64,000 nucleotides of DNA from an uncultured Phycisphaerales bacterium. GTDB lineage: Bacteria > Planctomycetota > Phycisphaerae > Tepidisphaerales > Tepidisphaeraceae. Location: assembly GCA_963758525.1 (NCBI GenBank), contig CAVWVQ010000003.1, positions 4,896,001-4,960,000 on the forward strand, given 5' to 3'. A model generated the notes under the pieces. That model ran no database searches, was not told where the DNA came from, and saw only the letters and a program-made list of their open reading frames with translations. The stretch's first letter is position 1, and each line of letters starts with the position of its first letter. Positions 40,431-50,120 of the stretch are shown piece by piece. A program made the position numbers and the translations under genes.

Positions 40431-43282
40431 ATGAATGTCGAGAATTCAGAGCAGCCGCGCAGATACCTCATCGGCATCGATCTCGGAACCACCAACTCCG
40501 CAATGGCATTCGTCGACACTGCTGAGAAGATCTGGGCGGTGAAAGACTTTCCAATTCCTCAGCTTGTCGGCGCTGGGCAGGTCGAGTCGCGCGACGTTTT
40601 GCCGTCGTTTCACTATGAGGCGGCCGAGAATGAATTCGCCGCGGGAGCGCTGCGGTTGCCGTGGGAAACTGCGGAGCACGAACGCGCCTTTGTCGGTGCT
40701 TTTGCCCGCGATCATGGCGCCCAGGTGCCGGGGCGGCTGGTCACCTCCGCCAAGTCGTGGCTCTCTCATTCCGGTGTCGATCGCACGGCGGGGTTGCTCC
40801 CCTGGCACGGCGCGGCTGACGTGCAAAAGTTCTCGCCGGTCGAGGTATCAAGTCGCTATCTCTCGCACATCCGCGCGGCGTGGGACGCAGCCCATCCCGA
40901 ACATCCACTGGGCCAGCAGGACGTCGTGCTCGCGGTGCCGGCGTCGTTCGACGAGGTGGCGCGTGAGCTGACGATCCAGGCGGCACAGGCGCGGGGCTGG
41001 CGCGCGTCGCGCTGGTGGAAGAACCGCAGGCGGCGTTCTATGCGTGGATCGATGCGCAGGGGGGCTCATGGGACCAGCAGGTCAGCGCGGGTCAGACGAT
41101 TCTGGTCTGCGACGTCGGCGGGGGCACCAGCGATTTCACGCTCATACGGGTAAAGCCAGCGGCAAATCGAAGCGTCCTGTTCCATCGGGTTGCGGTGGGA
41201 GAACATCTCATTCTCGGCGGGGACAATCTCGACTTGGCGCTGGCTCATCATATTGAGCAGCGCCTTGGGAGCGGCAAGCTGCATCCGGGCCAGTGGGGCC
41301 CGCTGATTCGGATTTGCCGGCAGGTGAAGGAAACCTTCCTGGGAAAGAATCCGCCGGAGCGGTTGACGGTGAGCGTTGCCGCGCCGGGAGCAAGACTGAT
41401 AGGCGGCGCATTGCAGTTGGAGCTGATGCGCAACGAAGTGGAGAAACTGCTGCTGGATGGATTCCTGCCGACAGTTGAGCTGACAGCATCGCCCGCCGCC
41501 CGACGCTCCGGGTTTCAGGAGTTTGGGCTTCCGTATGCGGCGGATGCAGCCATCACCCGATACCTCGCGGCGTTCCTCCGCGCGCACCGCGAGAAGCGCG
41601 ACGTTGGCAGCGGAGCGCCCTTACCCTCCTCGCTCCGCGGCGGAACCGAGGGCGCAGAAGCATCGCGGCCTGACATGGTTCTTTTCAATGGCGGATTGTT
41701 TGAATCGCCATTGCTCAGGAAGCGACTGATCGATGCGCTGGGGGCCTGGTTCCGCGGGGACGATCACGACTGGTCTCCCAAGATCCTGCGGAATGACCGG
41801 ATGGATCTGGCGGTGGCTCGCGGCGCGGCATACTACGCGATGGTGCGGCGCGGACGGGGCGTGCGCATTTCCGGCGGGCTGGCGCATTCCTATTATCTGG
41901 GCGTCGAAACCGGCTCGGCGCTCATGGCGGTCTGTCTGTTGCCCGCGGGGATCGAGCAGGGGCAGACAGTCGATCTGACCGGCCGGCGCTTTGCGTTGCG
42001 AGTGCGCCAGCCGGCGGAGTTTCCGCTTTACTTTTCCAGCACACGCACGACAGATCGTCCAGGCGAATTGATCGCCATCGAACGCGAGCAACTTACGGCG
42101 CTGCCGCCGATCCGCACCGTGATGCAGTCGAGCGGGGCGAAGGACGCCGATACCGTGACAGTTCAATTGCACGCCCGGCTGACAGAAGTGGGAACGCTCG
42201 ACATCTGGTGCGCGGAAGCCGAGGGAGAGCGGCGGTGGAAGCTGCAGTTTGACGTTCGCGCGGCGTCGCGCAGCGATTCGGCGCGACACACGGGAGAAGG
42301 GGAGGGGCACGGGGTTGTCGAGGATCGATTGCTCGAATCATGCCGCCGGAGCATTCGCGCGGCATTCGACGACAACGCTTCAGGTACGCCTGCGGGGATC
42401 GTTAAAAAATTGGAAGCTGACACAGGGATGTCGCGCAACGAATGGCCTCCGACGCTGCTGCGGAGCTTTTGGGAAACGTTGCTCGAGATGGACGGCACCA
42501 GAAAGCGCAGCGTGGAACACGAGGCGCGATGGCTCAGCCTCACCGGGTTTTCGCTGCGACCTGGTTATGGATTGGCGGTGGACGACTGGCGCGTCGCCAT
42601 GACATGGAGGCTCTACCAGGCCGGGACCACGCAGCCGAAGAACGAGCTGTGTCGCGCCGAATGGTGGATTCTCTGGCGACGCGTCGCCGGAGGACTGCTG
42701 ACGGCGCAGCAGACATTAGTCGGTGAGCCGCTGGTTGCGGACTGGCGCACCTATTTTCGCAAGGGAGGCATCGGCGTTCGCGGGCGGTCGCCTCAGTTTC
42801 AGTTCGGACCCCACGAGTCGGCCGAGGTATGGCGTCTGCTTGGATCGCTTGAATTGCTGCGCCCATCAGTGAAAAGTGAGCTGGGGCACATGATTCTCGA
42901 TCGTTTGCCGCGCGAGAAGATGCCGGCATCGCGTGACGCGATGTTATTCGCGCTGGGCCGGCTCGGTGCGAGGCAGCCGGTCTACGGGCCGCTCAATAGG
43001 TTGGTTCCGATCGAGGAAGCGGAGAGTTGGCTCGATCGATTGCTGCAGATGAATCTTGCCGATGAGCGTTCGGTCTTCGCGATCGTCCAACTTTCCCGAA
43101 GAACGGACGATCGGCACCGCGACCTGGCCGATGCGCCGCGCCGCAAAGTGCTCGACTGGCTCGCAACCCGTGCTGCGCCAGCACATCTGGTCGAACTGGT
43201 CCGCGTCGGCGGCGTTTTGCAGGAGCGGGAGCAGCGAAGTGTTTTCGGGGAAACACTGCCGCGGGGTCTGCGGATTGAATAA
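40431..43282 (+). CDS. Hsp70-family protein with C-terminal DUF3731-like domain; frameshift near 40995
   Basis: GIDLGTTN, VPASFDE, EEPQAA, DVGGGTSD; C-terminal GFSLRPGYG..VDDWR, EWWILWRRVAGGL, FGETLPRGL. Confidence 0.85.
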
Positions 43283-43380
43283 CTGTTTGCCAGCCTCCTT
43301 GAATCCGCTGAACCATTTCTTGCTCCCCTGAAGATGAAGTAATAGGATCGTAATATGGATTTAAGGCAAAAGAGACTTCT

Positions 43381-43608
43381 ATGGTGTGCAAACTGACAAA
43401 GCAGGGCGATGCCTGGGCGTTTATCGTTGATCAATCGATCCGGGATCTCATGGATATCGACGCAGATACGCTGTTGCACGTCTCGCTTGAGGGCCGTCGC
43501 CTGATCATCGAACCCATCTCCGACGAACAACGATCGAAGAAGCTGCAAAAAGCTCTGGAGGAAACGAACTTGGAATATGGTTCAGACCTGCGAAATTTGG
43601 CTAAGTGA
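43381..43608 (+). CDS. AbrB/MazE-family antitoxin
   Basis: KLTKQGDAWAFIVD, LIIEP, ends LRNLAK; directly upstream of a Doc-like gene. Confidence 0.8.
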   Translation: MVCKLTKQGDAWAFIVDQSIRDLMDIDADTLLHVSLEGRRLIIEPISDEQRSKKLQKALEETNLEYGSDLRNLAK

Positions 43609-43611
43609 GCG

Positions 43612-44007
43612 GTGATGAACGGCATCGCCTTCCTCGCCATTCAGGACATTTTCCACATCCACGCTGATCAAACCGAAAGATACGGTGGGTCTCAGGCCGT
43701 GTTAAACGAAGCCTTGATCGAGTCAGCAATCATGCAGCCGCAGATGACATTCGACGGTATGTATCTGCAAGAAGACATAGCAGCCATGGCGGCAGCATAC
43801 CTTTTTCATCTTTCCAGGAATCAAGGGTTTGTGGATGAGAACAAACGAACTGGCGCGGCTGCCGCGATCGTTTTCCTAAAGTTGAACGATGTCCAACTCA
43901 AACCTCCCATTGCCGGAACGCTTGAAAAGCTGGTCCTTGATGTCGTGAGCGGCGTCTGTAGCAAAGCAGAGGCTGCAAAGTTCTTCCGTGAACTCATCAT
44001 CACCTAG
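43612..44007 (+). CDS. Death-on-curing (Doc/Fic) family toxin with variant active-site motif
   Basis: IH..Q..RYGG, IESA..QP, MAAAYLFHL, NQGFVDENKRTG, FLKLN. Confidence 0.8.
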   Translation: MMNGIAFLAIQDIFHIHADQTERYGGSQAVLNEALIESAIMQPQMTFDGMYLQEDIAAMAAAYLFHLSRNQGFVDENKRTGAAAAIVFLKLNDVQLKPPIAGTLEKLVLDVVSGVCSKAEAAKFFRELIIT

Positions 44008-44272
44008 GCTCTGTCTGAAAACCCTAAGCCCTCACGATGGGCCGGATTCGATTCGACTGCGAGGCGTCGCCCCGCAGTCCGGCTCCGTAGAGCCATCAAG
44101 GGGCGACAACGAAGCAGGCGGATCGAATCCGGCCCACCGGAGGCGGCTCAGAATGGCTTCGTCCGCGTCGTTGCCCCGGCTCAAAGGGTCTACGGACCCT
44201 GATGTCGCCAGGGCGCCTAGCGGCCAAAGCCATTCTGAGCCGTCGTGAGGACTTAGGTTTTCAGGCAGAGCC
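44007..44272. mobile_element. MITE copy 2 (~266 bp), flanked by TA
   Basis: Near-identical to 6052-6318; right TIR has a 1-nt deletion and one substitution. Confidence 0.85.
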
Positions 44273-44330
44273 TAGCGAGAAGTCCTCAACGATTGTGGCA
44301 GCTATCGAACCGGTCGGTGATAGGAGACCC

Positions 44331-46259
44331 ATGTTCGGCCTGCGGCAGAAAGTGCTCATCGGCTTCGGCGGACTGCTGCTGATTCTGCTGATCGTCAGCG
44401 GCGTCGGGATCGGAGTGCTCCGGCAGTATCGCAACGCCCTCGACCGATTCCTGTACGACAACTGGCGCAGCGTCGAGTACGCGCGGGGAATGATCGATGC
44501 CGTCGAGCGCATCGACGAGTCGACACGAACAGTCGATGCGCGCGAGCTCAGGGGGGCGGTGGCCGCGCCGGTGGCGGATTTCGAGCGGAATCTCGACGCG
44601 GAGAACCGCAACATCACCCAGCCGGGGGAAGACGCGCTGGCGGCGGAGCTGACCGCGCTGTGGCGCGGTCCGCAACGCGGCTGCCGCACCACGCTCGATC
44701 GTCTTCTCGACTCATCACTGAACGCCGACGAGCGCGCCGTCGCACTCGCACAACTGCATGCGCTGCTTCCCAAGGTGAAGTCCGCCGTCCGAGCCATCTC
44801 GAAACTGAACTTCGACAACATGCAGCCAATCACCGGCAGCATCCGCTCGATGTCGGACAAGACCAGCCGGCTGATGGTGCTCCTCGCGCTGGCGGGGGCG
44901 GGGCTGGCGGTGTTGTTCATTCTGCTCGTCAGCCGATTGATTCTCGACCCGGTGAGGACGCTCACACGTTCGGCCCGGGAGATCGAGCGAGGTAATCTCG
45001 ATCTGGTGGTGCAGGTGAACTCGCGCGATGAGCTGCATCAGCTTGCCGAGGCGTTTAATTCGATGGCGGCGAAGTTGCGGGAGTATCGCCGGACCAACCG
45101 CGCCAAGCTGCTGCGGACGCAGCAGACCACGCAACTGGCCATCAACAGCTTCCCCGACGCCGTGGCGGTGCTCAGCCCCGACGGGCATCTGGAGATGACC
45201 AATGAAGTGTCCCGAAAATTGTTCGGCCTGCGCACCGGAGCCCGCGTATGGGACCTGCAGGCGCCGTGGCTCGCTGAGTTGTACGAGAAGACGCTGCAGA
45301 CATTGAAGCCAGTCGAGCCCAACGGCTACGAGTCCGCCCTCAAGGTGCTGGACGAGAAGGGAGGGGAGCGTGTCTTTCTTCCGCATGCGGTGCCAATCCT
45401 TGATGCCGACGGCGAGCAGCAGTTGCTGGGAGTGACGATTGTCCTGGCGGATGTGACCAATCTGCGACGGCTAGACGAGATGAAGAGCGGAATGCTGTCT
45501 GTCGTTTCGCACGAGCTGAAAACGCCGCTGACCTCGATCCGCATGGGTGTTCACCTGCTGCTGGAAGAGCGGGTCGGAAGCCTGACGGCGCTTCAAAGTG
45601 AGTTATTGACCGCACTGCGCGAGGACAGCGATCGACTGCACCGGATCATCGAGAACCTGCTGGACATGGGTCGCATCGAATCCGGTGGCGGGTTGATGCA
45701 GCTTCGGCCGGAGAGTGTTGAAGCGATTATCGCTGACGCGGCCGGGCCGATGTTGTCGGCTTTTGCGGATCGAGGGGTGAGGTTGTCGGTGGAACCGCCA
45801 GATGCGGCGCTTTGCGTTCTCGCGGATATCACCCGGATTGGACACGTACTTTCGAACCTGCTCGCCAACGCCTTGAAATACACGCCTGCCGGCGGAATGG
45901 TGCGCGTCATTGCCGTCGCGGAGCCCGCGACCGTGCGGATTTCTGTTACGGATATGGGCCCGGGCATTCCGCCCCAGTACCACGATCGCATCTTCGAGCG
46001 ATTTTTTCGCGTGCCGGGTCAATCCGGCAGAGGCGGCGCAGGATTGGGGCTGGCCATCGCGCGGGAAATCGTCGAGGCGCACGGAGGAGCAATCGAAGTC
46101 GAATCGCGGGAGGGAGCGGGGAGCACATTCAGCTTTACCCTCCGTCGCGCGGATGGGCCAGCAGAGGCAACGGCGTCGAGTTTGTTGGCCCGGAATGTCT
46201 TCGGACAGAGCCGCCAAGGGGTGGCGCTGGGGGATGTGACCGATATTCACGGCCGGTAA
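44331..46259 (+). CDS. Membrane sensor histidine kinase (HAMP, PAS-like, HisKA, HATPase)
   Basis: Two TM helices, HAMP, SHELKTPL, NLLANALKY, D.GPGI, GAGLGL. Confidence 0.9.
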   Translation: MFGLRQKVLIGFGGLLLILLIVSGVGIGVLRQYRNALDRFLYDNWRSVEYARGMIDAVERIDESTRTVDARELRGAVAAPVADFERNLDAENRNITQPGEDALAAELTALWRGPQRGCRTTLDRLLDSSLNADERAVALAQLHALLPKVKSAVRAISKLNFDNMQPITGSIRSMSDKTSRLMVLLALAGAGLAVLFILLVSRLILDPVRTLTRSAREIERGNLDLVVQVNSRDELHQLAEAFNSMAAKLREYRRTNRAKLLRTQQTTQLAINSFPDAVAVLSPDGHLEMTNEVSRKLFGLRTGARVWDLQAPWLAELYEKTLQTLKPVEPNGYESALKVLDEKGGERVFLPHAVPILDADGEQQLLGVTIVLADVTNLRRLDEMKSGMLSVVSHELKTPLTSIRMGVHLLLEERVGSLTALQSELLTALREDSDRLHRIIENLLDMGRIESGGGLMQLRPESVEAIIADAAGPMLSAFADRGVRLSVEPPDAALCVLADITRIGHVLSNLLANALKYTPAGGMVRVIAVAEPATVRISVTDMGPGIPPQYHDRIFERFFRVPGQSGRGGAGLGLAIAREIVEAHGGAIEVESREGAGSTFSFTLRRADGPAEATASSLLARNVFGQSRQGVALGDVTDIHGR

Positions 46260-46403
46260 TGTGGTGGCAGGCGACGCGGGCCGGCACCGGGCAAATGTGC
46301 CCCAATGAGCATAATGATGACAAGGGCCACTGCTTTTTTCCGATACGGAGTGTAGAAGAGAGCGCCTTGATGGCGAATCCCGGGGGATTTGGAGCGCGAT
46401 TCG

Positions 46404-48272
46404 ATGTTGCGATCGCTATTACTTGGCGCCTCCGCGGTTCCACAAATTGCTGCCATCGTGTTCACGATGCGCATGGTGCTCAGCAGCGCCCGCAAGACCG
46501 CCTGGGTGCTTCTGACGATCGCACTGTCGATCATGCTGTTATCGCGTGTTTCGCTCCTGACGCTGATCCATGCGGACAAATCCGCAGACCTGGCTCCGCT
46601 CCTGCGGGGGGCGCAGTCGCTGGTCGTCTCCACCCTTTTCTTTGTCGCGATGTATTACATCCGCAGCGCCTTCGTGGAACGCGAGCGCGCGGAGTCGAGC
46701 CTGGCGGTGCAACGCCAGCGAATGGACCTGGCGATGAGCGCGGCGCCGATCGGGCTGTGGTACGGCGATCTGCCGCTGGATCGCTTCGTGTGGGACAAAC
46801 GCGTCTACGAGCACTTCTGGATGACTCCGGGAACAGAGGCAAGTGTTGACGTGTTTTATGCCCGCCTGCATCCGGACGATCGCGAGGCGGTCCGCAGCGT
46901 GGTCAATGAAGCGATCAGCCAGGGGAAGCCCTGCGATGTTGAGTATCGCACCGTCTCGCCCGACGATTCGAGCAAGCTCAAGTGGATCCGCGCGATCGGT
47001 CGTGTCGCGTATGAGGACGGCAAACCGGTGCGGTTTAATGGGATTACGCTGGATGTCACCGACCGCAAGACCGCCGAGCAGGAACGAGAGCAACTCCTGG
47101 ACAATGAGCGGCTTGCCCGCCGCGACGCGGAGGAGGCAAATCGTCTCAAAGACGAGTTCCTCAGCACGGTGAGCCACGAGCTTCGCACGCCGCTCAACGC
47201 GATCTTCGGCTGGGCGCAACTGCTCAAGGGCGGCAAGCTCGGTGCGGATGACGTCAGCGAGGGAATCGCAGTCATCGAGCGCAATGCCCGGGTGCAGACT
47301 CAGATCATCGAGGATCTGCTCGACATGAGTCGGATCATCTCCGGAAAATTGAGGCTGAACGTGCAGCGCGTGGACCTGGCGGCGGTGCTGCAGGCCGCCG
47401 TCGACTCCGTGCGGCCCGCCGCGGACGCGAAGGATATCCATCTCGAAAAAACGCTCGATCCGATGGCTTCGATCACCAACGGCGACCCGAATCGTCTGCA
47501 GCAGGTGATCTGGAATCTGCTGGCCAACGCGATCAAGTTCACGCCCCGCGGGGGCCGGGTCGCAGTCGCGCTGCAGCGCGTCGAGTCCACCCTGGAAATT
47601 ACGGTCAGCGACAACGGCGAAGGGATCTCCCCGGAATTTCTCCCGCATCTGTTCGAGCGATTCCGCCAGGCCGACTCCCGCGCATCGCGCGTGCATGGCG
47701 GACTTGGCCTTGGCCTTTCCATTGTGCGCCATCTCGTTGAGATGCACGGTGGAACCGTACGTGCCCAGAGCGACGGCGTCGGTCGCGGCGCGCGATTCGT
47801 CGTCACCCTGCCGATTTCCGCGGTAAAATCGGAGGCCGCCGAAGATCCCCAGGACAGCAAGCCGCGTCGCGAAGCCGGGGCGTCGTTGAGCCTGAAAGGG
47901 ATTCGCGTTCTGGTGGTGGACGATGAGCGGGATGCTCGCGATCTGGTGCGGGTGGTTCTGGAGAGATGCGATGCAAAGGTCGTCACCGCCGCTTCGGGAG
48001 CCGAGGCACTCGAGGAGTTGGAGCAACGCTCGTCGGACGTGGTGCTCAGCGATATCGGCATGCCCGGCCTGGACGGATATCAATTCATCCGCGCCGTGCG
48101 CGAGCGGGGAAACACGGTTCCCGCAGCGGCGCTGACCGCCTTTGCCCGATCCGAAGATCGCCGCCGTGCGATGATGGCCGGCTATCAATTGCACGTCGCC
48201 AAGCCGGTCGATCCCTCCGAGCTCGTCGCCATCGTCGCGAGTCTGGCTTCCAGGACGAAGGTGGAGAGCTGA
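46404..48272 (+). CDS. Hybrid histidine kinase (TM, PAS, HisKA, HATPase, receiver)
   Basis: LHPDD, SHELRTPL, GGLGLGL, VLVVDD, SDIGMP, KPVD. Confidence 0.9.
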   Translation: MLRSLLLGASAVPQIAAIVFTMRMVLSSARKTAWVLLTIALSIMLLSRVSLLTLIHADKSADLAPLLRGAQSLVVSTLFFVAMYYIRSAFVERERAESSLAVQRQRMDLAMSAAPIGLWYGDLPLDRFVWDKRVYEHFWMTPGTEASVDVFYARLHPDDREAVRSVVNEAISQGKPCDVEYRTVSPDDSSKLKWIRAIGRVAYEDGKPVRFNGITLDVTDRKTAEQEREQLLDNERLARRDAEEANRLKDEFLSTVSHELRTPLNAIFGWAQLLKGGKLGADDVSEGIAVIERNARVQTQIIEDLLDMSRIISGKLRLNVQRVDLAAVLQAAVDSVRPAADAKDIHLEKTLDPMASITNGDPNRLQQVIWNLLANAIKFTPRGGRVAVALQRVESTLEITVSDNGEGISPEFLPHLFERFRQADSRASRVHGGLGLGLSIVRHLVEMHGGTVRAQSDGVGRGARFVVTLPISAVKSEAAEDPQDSKPRREAGASLSLKGIRVLVVDDERDARDLVRVVLERCDAKVVTAASGAEALEELEQRSSDVVLSDIGMPGLDGYQFIRAVRERGNTVPAAALTAFARSEDRRRAMMAGYQLHVAKPVDPSELVAIVASLASRTKVES

Positions 48273-48289
48273 CCCTGCATGGGAAGGGG

Positions 48290-48530
48290 AAATCCGAATG
48301 ACGAAAGCAGAAACGCCTGGGAACCCGAATCCTGGGAAACCCGAATGACGAAACCCGAAACCAGAATCAAATAATCAAATCCGAATGACGAATGACCAAA
48401 TGGGGCCGTCCGACATGAAGCGAGTGACGCGACTTGATGTGGGGGGAGTGGGTCACAAGCACCCCATTCAGTCATTCGTCATTCGGGTTTGATTCTTTGA
48501 TTCGGGGATTCTGGTTTCGTCATTCTGGTT
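48290..48530. repeat. CGAATGA-type heptamer repeat cluster with inverted counterpart
   Basis: Multiple CCGAATGACGAA on the left; TTCGTCATTCGG and TTCGTCATTC on the right. Confidence 0.65.
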
Positions 48531-48621
48531 TTGTAACTGGGTTTTGTGACCGGGCGTCGAACTCGCCAACCGCAAACCCGGCCCCTGACACCCCGCGTTC
48601 CATCCAGTATGATCCTCCGAC

Positions 48622-48706
48622 CCGGGCGTGGCGGAATGGCAGACGCTACGGACTTAAAATCCGTTGGCCCGAAATGGCCGTGCGGGTTCGAGTCCCGCCG
48701 CCCGGA
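48622..48706 (+). tRNA. tRNA-Leu (UAA), long variable arm, CCA not encoded
   Basis: Acceptor stem CCGGGCG/CGCCCGG, anticodon arm ACGGA-CTTAAAA-TCCGT, T arm GCGGG-TTCGAGT-CCCGC; TATGAT -10 upstream. Confidence 0.95.
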
Positions 48707-48836
48707 GTTGGTGATTGTTGAGGCGTCGCGCCGTTGGGCTTCGAAATCACCCTCACCCCAACGCTCTCCCGGATTACCGGGACAGGGGGTAATCAGACAG
48801 CTAAGTACACATCCCCATAAGTAAGGGACCATCAAT

Positions 48837-48904
48837 GTAGGGCGGGATTTATCCCGCCGGATGCCTCCGCCGGAAGCGAATCGGCGGGATAAATCCCGCC
48901 CTAC
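48837..48904. repeat. GTAG-type REP doublet
   Basis: GTAGGGCGGGATTTATCCCGCC ... GGCGGGATAAATCCCGCCCTAC. Confidence 0.85.
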
Positions 48905-48991
48905 ATGTGGCCCTCTTTCAATGGGGAGATGTACTAAGTGCTCGCGCACGAATAACCTGAGCAATTACGAAGCTACAAGCGACGCAATTGC

Positions 48992-49046
48992 GTAGCACGG
49001 CCGTCTCGGCTGTGGCCCGAAATCAGAGCCGAGACGGCCGTGCTAC
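48992..49046. repeat. Second GTAG-type REP doublet family
   Basis: GTAGCACGGCCGTCTCGGCT ... AGCCGAGACGGCCGTGCTAC. Confidence 0.8.
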
Positions 49047-49161
49047 AGGGGAATCGCTGCGCTGACTTCGAAATTATCTGAGCAAGGTATTCGTGCGCGG
49101 GCCCTAAGGCCGCGCGCGGAATCAATTGATCAAAGACAAGCACGCGGGCGATGCTGGATAC

Positions 49162-50050
49162 TCACTTCTCCGACGATTGCACGCCGGCTCCGCAACTGAC
49201 TTTGTTGGAGCGATCGATCTTCAGTTCCAGCCCGATTGCCGAGTTGTCCGGGCCCACGACTTGGCCGACGATGTGAAGCGTCACCTTCTGCCCCTCGGCG
49301 AGCGGTTGCGTGCTGTCATCGGCGGCGAACACGCCCTCCATGTCCATCTTCAGATCGCCGCTCTGAATCTGAACACCGCCCGGGCCTGGCCCTTTCAGAT
49401 CTTTGGCGGCCAGATTGCTCGTGATTTTCAAAACCTCTTTGCCGTCCACCTTGTCGGCGCCCACCAGCGTTGTGGTGCCGCTGATGTTTTCTTTTTCAAC
49501 GGGCACCCCAGCCTGTGCTGCCGCCTTGGCGGCCTGCTCGGCGCTGATCGGCCAGCTCGCGCCGGCCTTCTGCGGCTGCGATGTGCCGAAGGAACTGTCG
49601 TCGTCCGGCATTCCCGGATCGGTCATCTCGAGCACCAGCTCCATCACTTTCCCAGTCGCTTCGTCCGCCGGCGCGTTGTTGATCATATACGTCGCCGGCG
49701 CGGCGCCAGTGCGTTCAGCAACGATCACCGCGCCCGCATCCAGCACGGGATTTCCGTTCGAGGTACACTTGGAAACGGTCACCGAGATCTTCGTCGCATC
49801 CCCTTTGTCATTCACGGCGAGCACGCTGCGCGTGCCGGTGAGTTGGGCGGTGGTGGTTTCATGGGTCTCGCGGGCAGGCTGCCCCGGAATCGTCGCGGTC
49901 ACCACCTGCGACGATTTGCACTCCGACGCAAACGGCATCGTGTCGCCGACCTTTTCGGCGTGATGCAGCTTAATCGTGTATTCCTGCGCCCGCGCCAACC
50001 GCAAGGAGCAGCGAGAACCACACCGCGGCGGAAAAGCTCGTCTTCAGCAT
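49162..50050 (-). CDS. Hypothetical exported beta-rich protein; frameshift near 49990
   Basis: Signal peptide MLKTSFSAAVWFSLLLAVGA joins AQEYTIKL in another frame. Confidence 0.6.
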
Positions 50051-50120
50051 GAAACCTCCGAAATTTGAACGTGAAAAGTTGTGAGCAGCGCGACGAGTAC
50101 AAGTGTCCAAACAGTCACCC

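Noticed and set aside
48622..48706. tRNA-Leu as the attachment site of an integrated element
   Set aside because: No integrase nearby and no duplicated tRNA 3' end noticed in the window
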